Assembly: GCA_001600815.1 (NCBI GenBank)
Contig: BCKZ01000011.1
Span: 641,224 to 705,223, forward strand
Length of the DNA stretch: 64,000 nt
Direction of reading: 5' to 3'
Origin: Alloascoidea hylecoeti
Taxonomy: Eukaryota
This document shows, piece after piece, positions 33,194 to 43,965 of the stretch. A program made the position numbers and the translations under genes. The notes beneath the pieces are model-generated. The model made no database searches and had not been told where the DNA came from. It saw only the letters and a program-made list of their open reading frames with translations. Within the stretch, counting starts at the first letter, position 1; each line of letters starts with the position of its first letter.

Positions 33194-33862
33194 CTAAATC
33201 CACTCATTCTTCCTCCAATTGGTATCTTGAATAAACGATGGTAGACTTTTTGAGCCATTTTGTACTAGAGGATGACCAGCCACAATCTGCAAGAATCGCT
33301 CTAGCCCTCGTCTTCTGTGTTCTATTACTTCATCACTAAATCTATTTGTAAATACCTTTCCTGGTAATTGTGGGGCTGTGACTCTAGTTGATTCCATCTC
33401 TAGAATATCTCTAAATGCCTCAAAGTCACTATAACGTCTTCTGACGGATGAAAATTTGTGTTTAAAAACAGGAATATTCGTCTGTAGTCAATTACAACTG
33501 TAGTTAGCTAACATAATCGATGAAACCGTGACGTACGTAGGATTAAACTACATACCCTGCAAACAATCTCATAATCGGTAAACATCTTCCTTCCAGTTCC
33601 ATGGGTCTGAGGATTTTTGACCTAAATTCATCTGTTAGTATTTGAAATTACATCTCATCAAGTGAAATGGTGAGCATACTTCTATCTCAAGGAAGTTTTC
33701 TGGTTCTCCATATATCTCATCAAAAGTTTGTTGTTTAATCTGGGGGCGAACTTCAAAGCTGCGGGCATGTGGGTCAGACTGTTTTCCCTTCGTCTTATCG
33801 CCATGAGAAGTTGAGGATGGTCCGCGGGAAGTAAATGGGCGAGGAGGAGGAATGGAGTTCAT
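33194..33862 (-). CDS. SNX3: Sorting nexin-3 (PX domain); exons 33862-33680, 33621-33556, 33481-33194
   Basis: [56 protein letters not shown]; introns GTATGC..TAG and GTATGT..CAG. An upstream in-frame ATG at 33898 is also possible. Confidence 0.95.
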
Positions 33863-33996
33863 TTTTGTAGATCTATCTGCACAGGAAGTAGAGATCATGA
33901 CTTTTTAGGTGTGCTGTTTATTACACACGCGTAAATCTCCACACCTCTAGACAAAGTGTGTCAGACATCGTCAGAGTCCCAGACAAAGAGCTGGAG

Positions 33997-34896
33997 ATGG
34001 ACACTTATGACAGACCAGACAACACTGGGCAGGAACGATATCCAAATGACCAGGACATGAGCTATGGGCAGCCTGGTCCCCCCGAGGATGAATATATGGG
34101 ATCAACAGAGCAGCAGGAAGGCATGGAGGAGGTCTTTTCCAACGTGGGTCAGGGTCTCACAGGAAATTTCAGAAACATGATGATGGCCTACTGGCAAGAG
34201 ACTATAAGTAACATTGAAAATGAGGACCATGATTTCAAAAACCACAGTCTTCCATTAGCCAGGATAAAGAAGGTTATGAAAACGGATGAAGATGTCAAGA
34301 TGATTAGTGCTGAGGCGCCAGTTTTGTTTGCCAAGGGTTGTGAAGTATTCATCACAGAACTGACAATGAGGGCCTGGATACATGCCGAGGAAAACAAAAG
34401 ACGGACGCTACAGAGATCTGATATTGCCTGTGCTTTGCAAAAGTCAGACATGTTTGATTTCTTAATTGACATTGTTCCTCGAGAAGAGGCTAAAACAAGA
34501 AAATCTTCTCACTTTGAAAATAATCCAGATCAATTACAGTTGCACCATCAGCAAATGGCGCAATATGGTCAAGGTGCTGTAGCTGGCCTTGGTCCTGGAC
34601 AAATGTACCAACCTTCTGTAATGGATGGAACGAACCCCCAGCTTGTTCAACCTCAACATCAACAAAGCACCTCCCCATCTGGACCTTATCCCCACGGTCC
34701 TATTCCTGTGTCTGTTCAGCAATCCCTTGAATTGAGCAACACTGATGTAGCTATCACACACGGTGGAAATGCACATGTACCCTCTGTGCAAGGATTACAC
34801 AATGAGTTTATCACCACGGCTGATGGTTATGGGATGCCAAATTCAAATTATATGCCATATAATGGTGAACTGAACAGTGTTTACAACAGTTATTGA
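33997..34896 (+). CDS. HAP5: CCAAT-binding complex subunit Hap5 (NF-YC)
   Basis: [57 protein letters not shown]. First ATG is at 33997; the track start is a GTG. Confidence 0.95.
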   Translation: MDTYDRPDNTGQERYPNDQDMSYGQPGPPEDEYMGSTEQQEGMEEVFSNVGQGLTGNFRNMMMAYWQETISNIENEDHDFKNHSLPLARIKKVMKTDEDVKMISAEAPVLFAKGCEVFITELTMRAWIHAEENKRRTLQRSDIACALQKSDMFDFLIDIVPREEAKTRKSSHFENNPDQLQLHHQQMAQYGQGAVAGLGPGQMYQPSVMDGTNPQLVQPQHQQSTSPSGPYPHGPIPVSVQQSLELSNTDVAITHGGNAHVPSVQGLHNEFITTADGYGMPNSNYMPYNGELNSVYNSY

Positions 34897-34914
34897 ATAC
34901 AACTTATAACCAAC

Positions 34915-35007
34915 CATGTTTTTTATATCATGTTTTTTATACATCATGTTTTTTATACATCATGTTTTTTATACATCATGTTTTTTATACATCATGTTTT
35001 TTTTTTT
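34915..35007 (+). repeat. Minisatellite (CATGTTTTTTATACAT)x4 perfect plus two partial units in the HAP5 3' region
   Basis: 16-bp unit perfect at 34929-34992, starting 33 nt after the stop; partial units on both sides. Confidence 0.9.
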
Positions 35008-35384
35008 ACGTTTCGTCAATTCTATATCGATTTCAGAAATTGACTTTCTTGTAACTTATTGACTATAAATACAGCTACTGTTTCTTTTTTTATGTGAATT
35101 TACGATTTGAAAAGTTAAGTATAAACCCGGCATGCTTTTTTTTTCTTTTCACTCTTTAGTTTAGTTTATGATCTCCATCTCGATATAAATATCTAGAATG
35201 AACAATCATCACAAGTACATAATAATTGGGGTTATATATGGGGCTTAAATAAAAGATTAATAATAATGAAGTGGGACGTTCTGAAAAGTGAGTTTAAAAA
35301 ATTATGAAAGATAATAAATGAATTCATCTTTATCATTAGTTATAATAATGTTGTATATAATTGTGTATAAAATGGCGTGACTGA

Positions 35385-36454
35385 TTAAGAAATGTTGAAT
35401 TCTTGTTTCTCATTCTGGGCGTAAAAGAAATTAATGGCAACAGGATGTGATAAATTATTCTTAGTTGCCCAATCCTGAACTCCAGTAGCAGGGGTCCCTG
35501 TTCCCCAATTAGGTCGATCAATGGGAGGTTTTATATTCTGATTACCTGTAGATGGCTCCTTAAAAAGTAGAAAAACATATCGATGCTTGCCGGTGTTTTC
35601 AGGGGGAGCGGGACCCATATATTCTACCAAAGTCTTTCCGGTTGAAAAGTCTAATTTAATCGATGTTCCTGTTGCTACATCATCAATGGGGCTATTACCC
35701 TTGGTTTGTATTTTTAGGCCTGAGACTATATAATGACAAAATTCTGACCATTTCTTATCTGTACGACTTGGAGCATCGGGATCAGTGAGAACAAAAGTAT
35801 AAGTACTATCCTCCATCGACGCTTCGACATCAAGAGTGAAGTAAACTTCTGGGATGACTTGGGCATCCGCAGGTTTCAATGTATTTCCAAACATGACCTC
35901 TTGGTCTTTGCCATAAGATATGATAAGTAGGCTGCATGATTGACGCTAGTTAGCAACTAAAATTGTAAATGAAAGAGCATTAAATAATAGTGGAGGCATA
36001 CCCTTCTGGGGTGACTTTCTCTACGACTGCAGAACAGTTAGTCTGGGAGCAGAATATTGTGTTGAAAAACGACGTATCTTACCTTCAGGAACAATCTCAT
36101 GTTTTTTCAAGCCATCAATTAAAGAGGAGCTAATGGTAACCTAAAATAGCAAAACATGATAAAAGCAAAGCAAATGAGAAAATTCGTTAATTATCGTACC
36201 AATTTTATACCTGTCGTTTATCTCCAACTTGCTAAAATATCATTACCTACCAAGGACCTAGTTGAGCTGGGAAAGCGGTGTGAATTGGCGATAAATGGAG
36301 AAGTTGAATGGGTATGTCTGCTTGGAGATCTCAGAAGGATTCCTGAGGCCCGGTTTGTCGAGGAACTTGCCAGGGGCCTTGCCAGCGATTTTACCGGAGA
36401 CCTCACCAATGATCTTGCTGAGTATCTCGAAGCCGTAGACAGCCGAGCGAACAT
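35385..36454 (-). CDS. TFS1: PEBP-family carboxypeptidase Y inhibitor Tfs1 with N-terminal presequence; exons 36454-36251, 36140-36083, 36026-36002, 35931-35385 (277 aa)
   Basis: LTDPDAPSRTDKKWSEFCH, YMGPAPP..GKHRYVFLL, DRPNWGTG. Three introns join RSL|VTISSSLIDGLKKHEIVPE|VVEKVTPEG|LLIISYG in frame. Exon 1 relies on a GTAGGT donor. Confidence 0.85.
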
Positions 36455-36540
36455 CAATGAAAAATGGATTATACAGAGATCAAGTATGAAAGTATAAAAG
36501 CCTAAAATTTAAACAATATTGATATCTTCCCTTGTAGATG

Positions 36541-36548
36541 CCGGGTAA
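36541..36548 (+). promoter_or_regulatory. Reb1-type site CCGGGTAA in the TFS1/PTA1 divergent promoter
   Basis: Exact match centred between the two ATGs (36454 and 36630). Confidence 0.55.
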
Positions 36549-36629
36549 CAAATCTACAAAATATTTTGTTTTGCTACTCATTTGTGTTCAATACTATTAT
36601 TTGTATTCAGTCCATCACGAAAAGACAAA

Positions 36630-38945
36630 ATGGCTGCACAAGATTCCGTGAACGAGCAGCTCAGTAAACTAGAAGAGGCCCGTAGGCTCGCTCAGGCCGA
36701 TGTGTCGTTGTACAAACCCATAATAGAGGGCATTCTGCCGGTGGCCCTCCAAAAAGAGGTGGTTGTGCGACGGTGGTCGTGGTCCTTCATACTTGACGGT
36801 CTGTCTGCAGGACTCTCAGGCCAAGATATTACTACTGTGGCTGTTCTTATTTTACCTAAAATTGTATCCCTACTGGACTTCGAGAGAGACGTGATTGTGC
36901 TGAAAACTGTCATTGAGGTATCCGCTAATATATACCCCATCCTATTCGCCTACGTTTGCAATAACGGCCGGGAAATGAAAACTTGGAATAACTTGTATGC
37001 TCTGAAAGAATACATAGTTCCTATGTCAGAGGATTCTTATCGTGAAACCAGCAAGAAAAATAGTATAGCAGTACGAATTGCAGCCATAAAATTCATCCAA
37101 ACAATTGTCATTGTCCAACTTTGCCAAACCAGAGATCCAAGGCTAATCGAGTCTGAAGAAATATCCCTTTCGTTAGCCCCTTCAGATCATCCATTAATAG
37201 AAGCTTCAAAGTTAGAAGCCGAAGCAAAGGGTTTACTCGATAGAATGCTTAACATTTTCATACTGCCTGAACTTCCTCAACCTCAATTGTTATCTGCCAT
37301 TCTCAACTGTTGTATTCCTATTATGAAAAGACGTCCAAATACTGTTTCAACCATCCTAAACTCTGTACTGACTTTTCAACCATCACTGGAAAGATCGGGT
37401 GCCAATGGCCTGTTACGCAAAAAACTGGAGCTCAAATTTATCGATAAATCGCTTCGTATATTCCTTGGTCATACCAAAAAAAATGATCTAGCTATTTCTT
37501 ATAAAGAGAGAATCGACAGATACGTCCAACCTTTATCAAAAAGATTGGAAGATTCTAAGAAACGTGGGTTGTCTGAATCTAACCAACCTTACAAACGACA
37601 AAGAATTACGACAACAGTAGTACAAAATGGTGAAAGTACATCGGCTTCAACTCCAGTTCCTACTCCTTCACCTGAAACAACCTTCTTTGATTCCTCGACA
37701 GATGTGCCAGCAAATGGAGATTATTCAAACGCTTCTTTATTTACATTGATAAACCCATCAAATCCTATTACCTCCTTTGATGTTTCTACTATTCCTCAAG
37801 ATATTCTGGTTAATATTGCTATGGCCGGTATTGAAGCGGCTAATCCACAAAGGTTAACAACTGCCCTGGAAATAGTCATGAAGAGGTATAATAATTTACA
37901 GAATCGTTCATCTTTAGAGAATGACACAAATTCTAGAAATACAAGTAACGATAACAATAACAACAATAATAACTTTAGAGAAAATACTATGTCAAGAAAC
38001 ACAAATTCAAATCCAATAATTGAAGATGATGATGATGATTATGATCCAGATGCCTTGTCTCTTGGAAACTCATCAAATACACCGATGAGGCCAGAAACTG
38101 CAATCCTTGATTCGGAGAGCGAAGAAGAAGATGATGATGATGATGACGAAGAGAAATATTTAGTCTCATCTACTTTCAGTCTACCACCACCTCAACCACT
38201 TTCCAAGCAAACTAAAAAAACACATTTACAGAAAATAATTGAAAGATTTATCAAATTGGCGGAAAAGGATCCAAAAGAGATAGCATCCTTAAACTTCTTC
38301 AATGGTGATGCTAATAGCTCTTTAACACAAGAAAATAGTAATTTGAAAGCATTATTCGGGGTTGCAATCACTGATTGGACAAAAGATTCTTGGCTCGTGA
38401 TTTTCACACGGTTAATAACGCGTGGTATCGAAGCAGGTGAAGTAAATACAAAAGATTTATCGGAAAATGCCAATGATTTAAGCAGTATTGCAAGATCTGC
38501 ACTATTCAAATATTTCCTAGGGAATGTAAGAGATCGTATGGATATGATTGTTTCATGGTTAAATGAAGAATGGTTTAATGAATATGTTGCAAGAAATGAT
38601 GGTAAAATCCCTCTTGATAAGCATAAATCAGTATATTATTATTGGGCATATAGAGTTCTTGATAATTTGATTAACTTTTTAGAAAAATCCGACTGGAAAG
38701 TATTTATTCGTCTATTAAGTGATTTACCAGAATTGGATGAAGCGTTAATTGAAAGATTAAAATCATTGTGTATTGATCCAGAAAGACGCGAAATTGGGTT
38801 CAAAGCTTTAAAGTTTTTGATTCTTTACAGACCTCCAGTTAAAAGCATATGTCTTGATGTTGTGGAGGATTTATATAAAAATAACACAGATTTAGAAGAA
38901 GCATGTCTATCTATATTGAAGAAGTATCGAACTGAAAAGTATTAG
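36630..38945 (+). CDS. PTA1: Cleavage/polyadenylation factor Pta1 (symplekin family)
   Basis: VRIAAIKFIQTIVIVQ, LEAEAKGLLDRML, WLNEEW, FIRLLSDLPEL, LKFLILYRPP. First ATG is at 36630. Confidence 0.88.
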   Translation: MAAQDSVNEQLSKLEEARRLAQADVSLYKPIIEGILPVALQKEVVVRRWSWSFILDGLSAGLSGQDITTVAVLILPKIVSLLDFERDVIVLKTVIEVSANIYPILFAYVCNNGREMKTWNNLYALKEYIVPMSEDSYRETSKKNSIAVRIAAIKFIQTIVIVQLCQTRDPRLIESEEISLSLAPSDHPLIEASKLEAEAKGLLDRMLNIFILPELPQPQLLSAILNCCIPIMKRRPNTVSTILNSVLTFQPSLERSGANGLLRKKLELKFIDKSLRIFLGHTKKNDLAISYKERIDRYVQPLSKRLEDSKKRGLSESNQPYKRQRITTTVVQNGESTSASTPVPTPSPETTFFDSSTDVPANGDYSNASLFTLINPSNPITSFDVSTIPQDILVNIAMAGIEAANPQRLTTALEIVMKRYNNLQNRSSLENDTNSRNTSNDNNNNNNNFRENTMSRNTNSNPIIEDDDDDYDPDALSLGNSSNTPMRPETAILDSESEEEDDDDDDEEKYLVSSTFSLPPPQPLSKQTKKTHLQKIIERFIKLAEKDPKEIASLNFFNGDANSSLTQENSNLKALFGVAITDWTKDSWLVIFTRLITRGIEAGEVNTKDLSENANDLSSIARSALFKYFLGNVRDRMDMIVSWLNEEWFNEYVARNDGKIPLDKHKSVYYYWAYRVLDNLINFLEKSDWKVFIRLLSDLPELDEALIERLKSLCIDPERREIGFKALKFLILYRPPVKSICLDVVEDLYKNNTDLEEACLSILKKYRTEKY

Positions 38946-39973
38946 TCTTACTAAATTAAATATTTATTTTCCCCTGTATTTCGTTTGTTTGTTAGTTGTA
39001 TGGCTAAGATTTCAATTTCAATACACACTTTGCATATATTTGTATTAATGGCAAAAATCTTGAGCTCAAGTTTATAATTACCACACAAAAGGGTGACTAT
39101 ATGGTGAAATTAACTTTTTCTTTTTGATGTTAATATAAATTATGCGTCTTCTGAAGAGAATACGAAGTGCTCGTGAAAACACAGTGCCTTTATTGTGAAA
39201 AAATCGATTTTAGTGGTGTTTTCATCAATCATCTCGAACGAATAAAATATATATATAAACTTATAGGATCTTTTCACCTATAACTATTACAAATAATTTA
39301 AAACTCTCCACAAAGTAAAATATACTCATGTAAATGCTATAAATATAAAAGCTCATCGGATCATTTTCTGCTCTGAGATATAATAACCTTATGACATGTA
39401 CATTGTTTCCGGTTATTCTCGGCATCTGAATTAAAATCTAAATATATAAAAAGAATATCGGTAAAATAACTGTAGAAAATTGTAATTGTGTTATGTTATT
39501 TAACTACATGTATAAAGTCTATATATAATCGTAATGCGTATATCTACTCGAAGGATAAATTCATAAATCAGGTACGTTATAATTGTTGTATTTCCCAGCT
39601 ACTGTCTTAAATTTAAACTTACACATGTTCACGGTTCACACACCCCTTAAGCTTGAGCGCTAGCAAAGAATCATCAATGAAACTGTTGCCTGGCCTGTAA
39701 TTATGTCGGGGAAATATAGCTATATTTTTACTTCGGCATTCGCAACTTTTATTATTAGTGGATTTGTGAAAATAATCAGAAAATGTTGATGCATATGCTG
39801 CATACACATATTGATAGGGGAGAACAAACAACAGTGCTCTAATTATAACGTTATGTTATTATAAAAATATTATTGTTGATACGTATCTACTATTATCAAC
39901 TCTTGCAATATAAAAGTAGTTGTATTCTGGATTTAAAGCCAATATCTTTGATACATTCAAAACACCCACAATA

Positions 39974-40789
39974 ATGCACTTCTCTCCAATACTCTTCAAA
40001 GCAGCAACCAATGCTTCTAAAACTGCTTTAGTCTCTGGTGCTGCACAAGGAATTGGTCGTGGTATTGCTCTTCAGCTGGCAAAAGATGGATATAACATTG
40101 CGGTTGCTGATCTCCCCATTCAAGAAAAAAAGGCTAATGCGGTTGTCAGAGAAATTGAATCATTAGGAAGGAAATCCATCTTTGTCCAACTTGACGTTTC
40201 CAATAGAGATAATATGTTTGCAGCTGTTGATGAAGCACACAAAAAACTGAAAAGTTTCGATACAATTATAAACAATGCAGGCATTGCTCAAGTTATGCCG
40301 TTGTTGGAAGCTAGGGATGAGGATGTAACAAAAATCACAAATATCAATATCAAAGGTGTGTTGTGGGGCATCCAAGCAGCAGCTACTAAGTTTGAGGAAT
40401 TGGGCCAACATGGCAAGATTATAAATGCCTGTTCAATTGCTGGTCATCAAGGAATGCAAATGCTTGGTGTTTATTCTGCTACTAAGTTTGCCGTTAAAGG
40501 TATTACACAAGCTGCAGCCCAAGAATTGGCGTCCAAGCATATCACCGTCAATTCATATTGCCCCGGAATTGTTCTTACTCCAATGTGGGATTATATTGAT
40601 GGGTTGATGTCAAAGTATAATGGCCTCCCAAAGGGTGAAACGCTTAAGAAGTACATTCAAGGAATTGCTTTACAGAGAGGCGAACAGCCTGAGGATATAG
40701 CTGCATTGGTGTCTTTTCTTGCCAGTGAAAAGGCGGACTATATCACTGGTCAGTCAATCATTGTTGATGGTGGAATAGTTTATAACTAA
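39974..40789 (+). CDS. Acetoin(diacetyl) reductase / 2,3-butanediol dehydrogenase, bacterial BudC-type SDR
   Basis: [68 protein letters not shown]; intronless. First ATG is at 39974. Confidence 0.88.
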   Translation: MHFSPILFKAATNASKTALVSGAAQGIGRGIALQLAKDGYNIAVADLPIQEKKANAVVREIESLGRKSIFVQLDVSNRDNMFAAVDEAHKKLKSFDTIINNAGIAQVMPLLEARDEDVTKITNINIKGVLWGIQAAATKFEELGQHGKIINACSIAGHQGMQMLGVYSATKFAVKGITQAAAQELASKHITVNSYCPGIVLTPMWDYIDGLMSKYNGLPKGETLKKYIQGIALQRGEQPEDIAALVSFLASEKADYITGQSIIVDGGIVYN

Positions 40790-41288
40790 TTTAATTATAT
40801 AAGGTTTTATAATATACAACTACAGGTAAGCCATTTGTATTTGATTATATAAGTAAATAAATTGACACGGGGTTGTTGGGTATTCCAGTTTTTTATCAAA
40901 TATTCCTGACATTCGTGCTAAGATCCACTTTTTCCACATTACTATTATTATTTAATATTTATTTATGTATAACAGAGTTCAATTTTATTATCATTGCGCT
41001 CAATGAGTTATGCTAATATGCACTTCACATATTATTCGCAACAATGCTATAGAGCTGCGGAAGTAAAAAACAGGTTGACCTTTTAAGTTGCATAAAAACC
41101 ACTAAATAACGTATTTAATTAACTTTCCAAAGAATTGCATTTGACCAATTACTTCCAAACCTTTCACCACTATTTTACTAACAATATATTATTTAATAGT
41201 GTGTAGTGATTACCATATTACAATCAAGGTTTGATAGCCAATTGATTGGAATTGAGCACAGAATTATTACAAGCACATAAAATACTAT

Positions 41289-43904
41289 TCAACGTTTGAC
41301 TCTGTTCTCCAACTCTTCTATAGGAATAGGAACATACCTTTTACCCCCATCAACTTCTACCCAAACAACATCATCGTCGAAATAGCACATAGTGCCTCCT
41401 TTACCAGTTGGATTTGAACTAACTCTATATAACGGATGTGAGAAACTCAATACATGAGTTTTCATAGGAACCAAAAACAAATCATGTTTTTGGCAATAAT
41501 CTTCAACAACATCCCGTAAGGTTATATGTAGATGACTCGAGGGAATACCCTTGACTTGGTCAGATAAAGACGGTTCCGGTTTTGTACTTTTAGACTCAGT
41601 TAATTTTGCAAATTTTGCTTTTAATTTTTCATGATTATTCTTAATCAATGAAAGATCAATACCTGATTCCAATTTATATTTTCTTGATTTTTTTAGTCTA
41701 TAGATTTTATCATATCCAAGATCAATAGCTTGATTTATCATATCTAATCCTTCCCTAAAACCATCAATTAATTTATTATTGTTTCGTAAATCACAGTCAA
41801 ACCAATTCCACCATTCGTCAAACCATAATTTAATATCAACATAATCAGATTCTTTATTGATTATCCATTGATATAAAACGTTTAAAAACTTTGGAAAAAA
41901 ACTTTGGGATATAATTGAAGATAAAATATCTGAACCAAAAAAGGGTTTCCAATTTTTGATTAATGATTGTAATGGCTCTGGGTTTTGGTTTTGTGGATTG
42001 ATTTCAAAATTTTCAATTAAATTAGAAAGAATTTGTGACAATGCATTTTGTAACAATATATCTGTTAGTTCTTGTTCTCCAAAAAAAGACTTCCAATGTA
42101 AAAGATTACTAGTTATATATTCATCTATTATTATATCTTTTGATGATTTTAATAACATTATGAATTTTAATTTTAACTCGGTTTTTAAAGAAGAAAATAT
42201 ATTTGAATCAATGTATGGAATCCAAGGAAATAACCAATTGGCAGGATTCAAAGAGTTTTTATAATCAAGCTCTGTTTTAGTTTTAGGATTCCAATCAGCA
42301 ATTAATTTTTTAATTTTCGGAATTATAACTGTTTGTAGTAAATTTTCTATAAAACAATTAGGAACTATATCATTCCATTCTTCAAGAATAATTATTGCCG
42401 AATGTGGTTCCAATGGATTCCAGTGATTAATTAAAATGTCTTTTAATATTTTTAACCAAGTTATTGATAACATGCTTTCAAATAATGTTAATTTTTTATT
42501 TTTTTCGTTTGGATAGATAGAATATTCTTCTAATACACTATCTACACGTTCATCTTTCAATAATAAATTTTCAAACAAGTTTTTCCACTCATTAATTTCT
42601 ATCTTCAAATATCTAGGATCTTCGAACGGGTCCCAATCATTAAGAAGTTGAGTTAATATTGATGATAATGAAGATACAATAATATCTTGGAAATCTTCAC
42701 CATATTTTCCAATATCATGTATATTTATTTTATTTAATGAAATTGATAACTGTTGTAAAATAGTTTCAGATGATAACGATTTATCTATCGTAATTTTTTG
42801 TAAATCTTCTGCGATTGAAATAATACTTTCTAAATTTTCAGTATCAACAAATAATTTTTCGGAACTTTTAATTAATTCAGATTCTTCATACTCAAGATAC
42901 TTCTTTTGTGATTTTATACTATCCCATTCATTTTTATAAATTAATAAATCATGTTCTGTCCTTTGAAGTATCTGTTGCTCTTTAATATTACGATTCATTT
43001 CTTCATTTGTTTCAGATGGGTTGAACTCAGATAGTGATGTCCTTCCTTTACCAGTCATATCAACGATATTTTTGAACACATTGGGTATTTCTAACCCTTC
43101 GGATTGTAACTCAGATATTGTTTTATAAACATCTTTAGGTCTCGTTTGTCTTCGTTCATATTTATTTTTCTTCTCCTTCTCCTCCTCCTTCTCCTTCCCT
43201 TGTAACTTCTTTTCAATTTTATTCCGACTAGTTTGGGAATTTGGTTTCTCACTTATACCACCCAACCCCAATTTACTCGGTCTTAATTGGGTTTCAATAG
43301 GTTTTATTATACCCTCACCGTCTTTACCCAAACCTTTTCCATTAACGTATCCCATTTTAGCTAGCATTTTAGCACCAAGACCATAAGCAGATGAATGTCG
43401 ATCAGTTTTTGAGTTTGTATCTGGTTTTAATTCGCGGGGCGTCATAAAAGTTTTTGGAGTCTCTACTACTTCTGGTTTGGAGAATAACTTTGGCATGAAG
43501 TTTAAAGGTTTATCTTCTGTATAACCCGTAGTAAAATTCATTTTCATTGATGCTCCAAAACTTGGTCTAAACACTTCTTCATCATCTGAATATTCATCAT
43601 CGTTGCCTTCAACTTTTTGCTCGACGTATTGTTCAACTTCTTCCTCTTCCTCTTTTTCTTCTTCCTGTTTATTACTTTTAGCGAAACCTATGGCACTAAA
43701 CCTAAGTCCCTTTTTAAGAAATGTTTCTTCTTCTGTATCACTATCACCAAATATTCCTAAAACCTCCTTTTCCTTTCTTTTTTCCTTCTCCAACTTTCTT
43801 CGTTTATATGGTTTTATATCAATTTCATTGTCCGAGGAGTCCATTTGCCTAAATTTATTAACTTTTAAATTTATTTTTGTCAGCAATATATTTCCAACCT
43901 CCAT
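41289..43904 (-). CDS. SPP382: G-patch spliceosome disassembly factor Spp382/Ntr1 (TFIP11)
   Basis: G-patch GLGAKMLAKMGYVNGKGLGKDGEGIIKPI..GLG, GCFC-like helical repeats (WDP, WNP, WLFPW, FFPKFLNVLYQW). Alternative start at 43844. Confidence 0.88.
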   Translation of the reverse strand: MEVGNILLTKINLKVNKFRQMDSSDNEIDIKPYKRRKLEKEKRKEKEVLGIFGDSDTEEETFLKKGLRFSAIGFAKSNKQEEEKEEEEEVEQYVEQKVEGNDDEYSDDEEVFRPSFGASMKMNFTTGYTEDKPLNFMPKLFSKPEVVETPKTFMTPRELKPDTNSKTDRHSSAYGLGAKMLAKMGYVNGKGLGKDGEGIIKPIETQLRPSKLGLGGISEKPNSQTSRNKIEKKLQGKEKEEEKEKKNKYERRQTRPKDVYKTISELQSEGLEIPNVFKNIVDMTGKGRTSLSEFNPSETNEEMNRNIKEQQILQRTEHDLLIYKNEWDSIKSQKKYLEYEESELIKSSEKLFVDTENLESIISIAEDLQKITIDKSLSSETILQQLSISLNKINIHDIGKYGEDFQDIIVSSLSSILTQLLNDWDPFEDPRYLKIEINEWKNLFENLLLKDERVDSVLEEYSIYPNEKNKKLTLFESMLSITWLKILKDILINHWNPLEPHSAIIILEEWNDIVPNCFIENLLQTVIIPKIKKLIADWNPKTKTELDYKNSLNPANWLFPWIPYIDSNIFSSLKTELKLKFIMLLKSSKDIIIDEYITSNLLHWKSFFGEQELTDILLQNALSQILSNLIENFEINPQNQNPEPLQSLIKNWKPFFGSDILSSIISQSFFPKFLNVLYQWIINKESDYVDIKLWFDEWWNWFDCDLRNNNKLIDGFREGLDMINQAIDLGYDKIYRLKKSRKYKLESGIDLSLIKNNHEKLKAKFAKLTESKSTKPEPSLSDQVKGIPSSHLHITLRDVVEDYCQKHDLFLVPMKTHVLSFSHPLYRVSSNPTGKGGTMCYFDDDVVWVEVDGGKRYVPIPIEELENRVKR

Positions 43905-43965
43905 ACACCTTTTCGCTGATAAGAATCATTAATACTCCAATATTTTACAATGTAATGAGCCAATA

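Noticed and set aside
20162..34896. Two H2A-like histone-fold genes (BUR6, HAP5) 14 kb apart as a cluster
   Set aside because: Ancient paralogs separated by unrelated genes; nothing suggests functional linkage.
34915..35007. Regular repeat as a CRISPR array
   Set aside because: No spacers; eukaryotic tandem minisatellite.
36156..36497. 113-aa + strand ORF
   Set aside because: Antisense to TFS1 exon 1; no recognisable domain.
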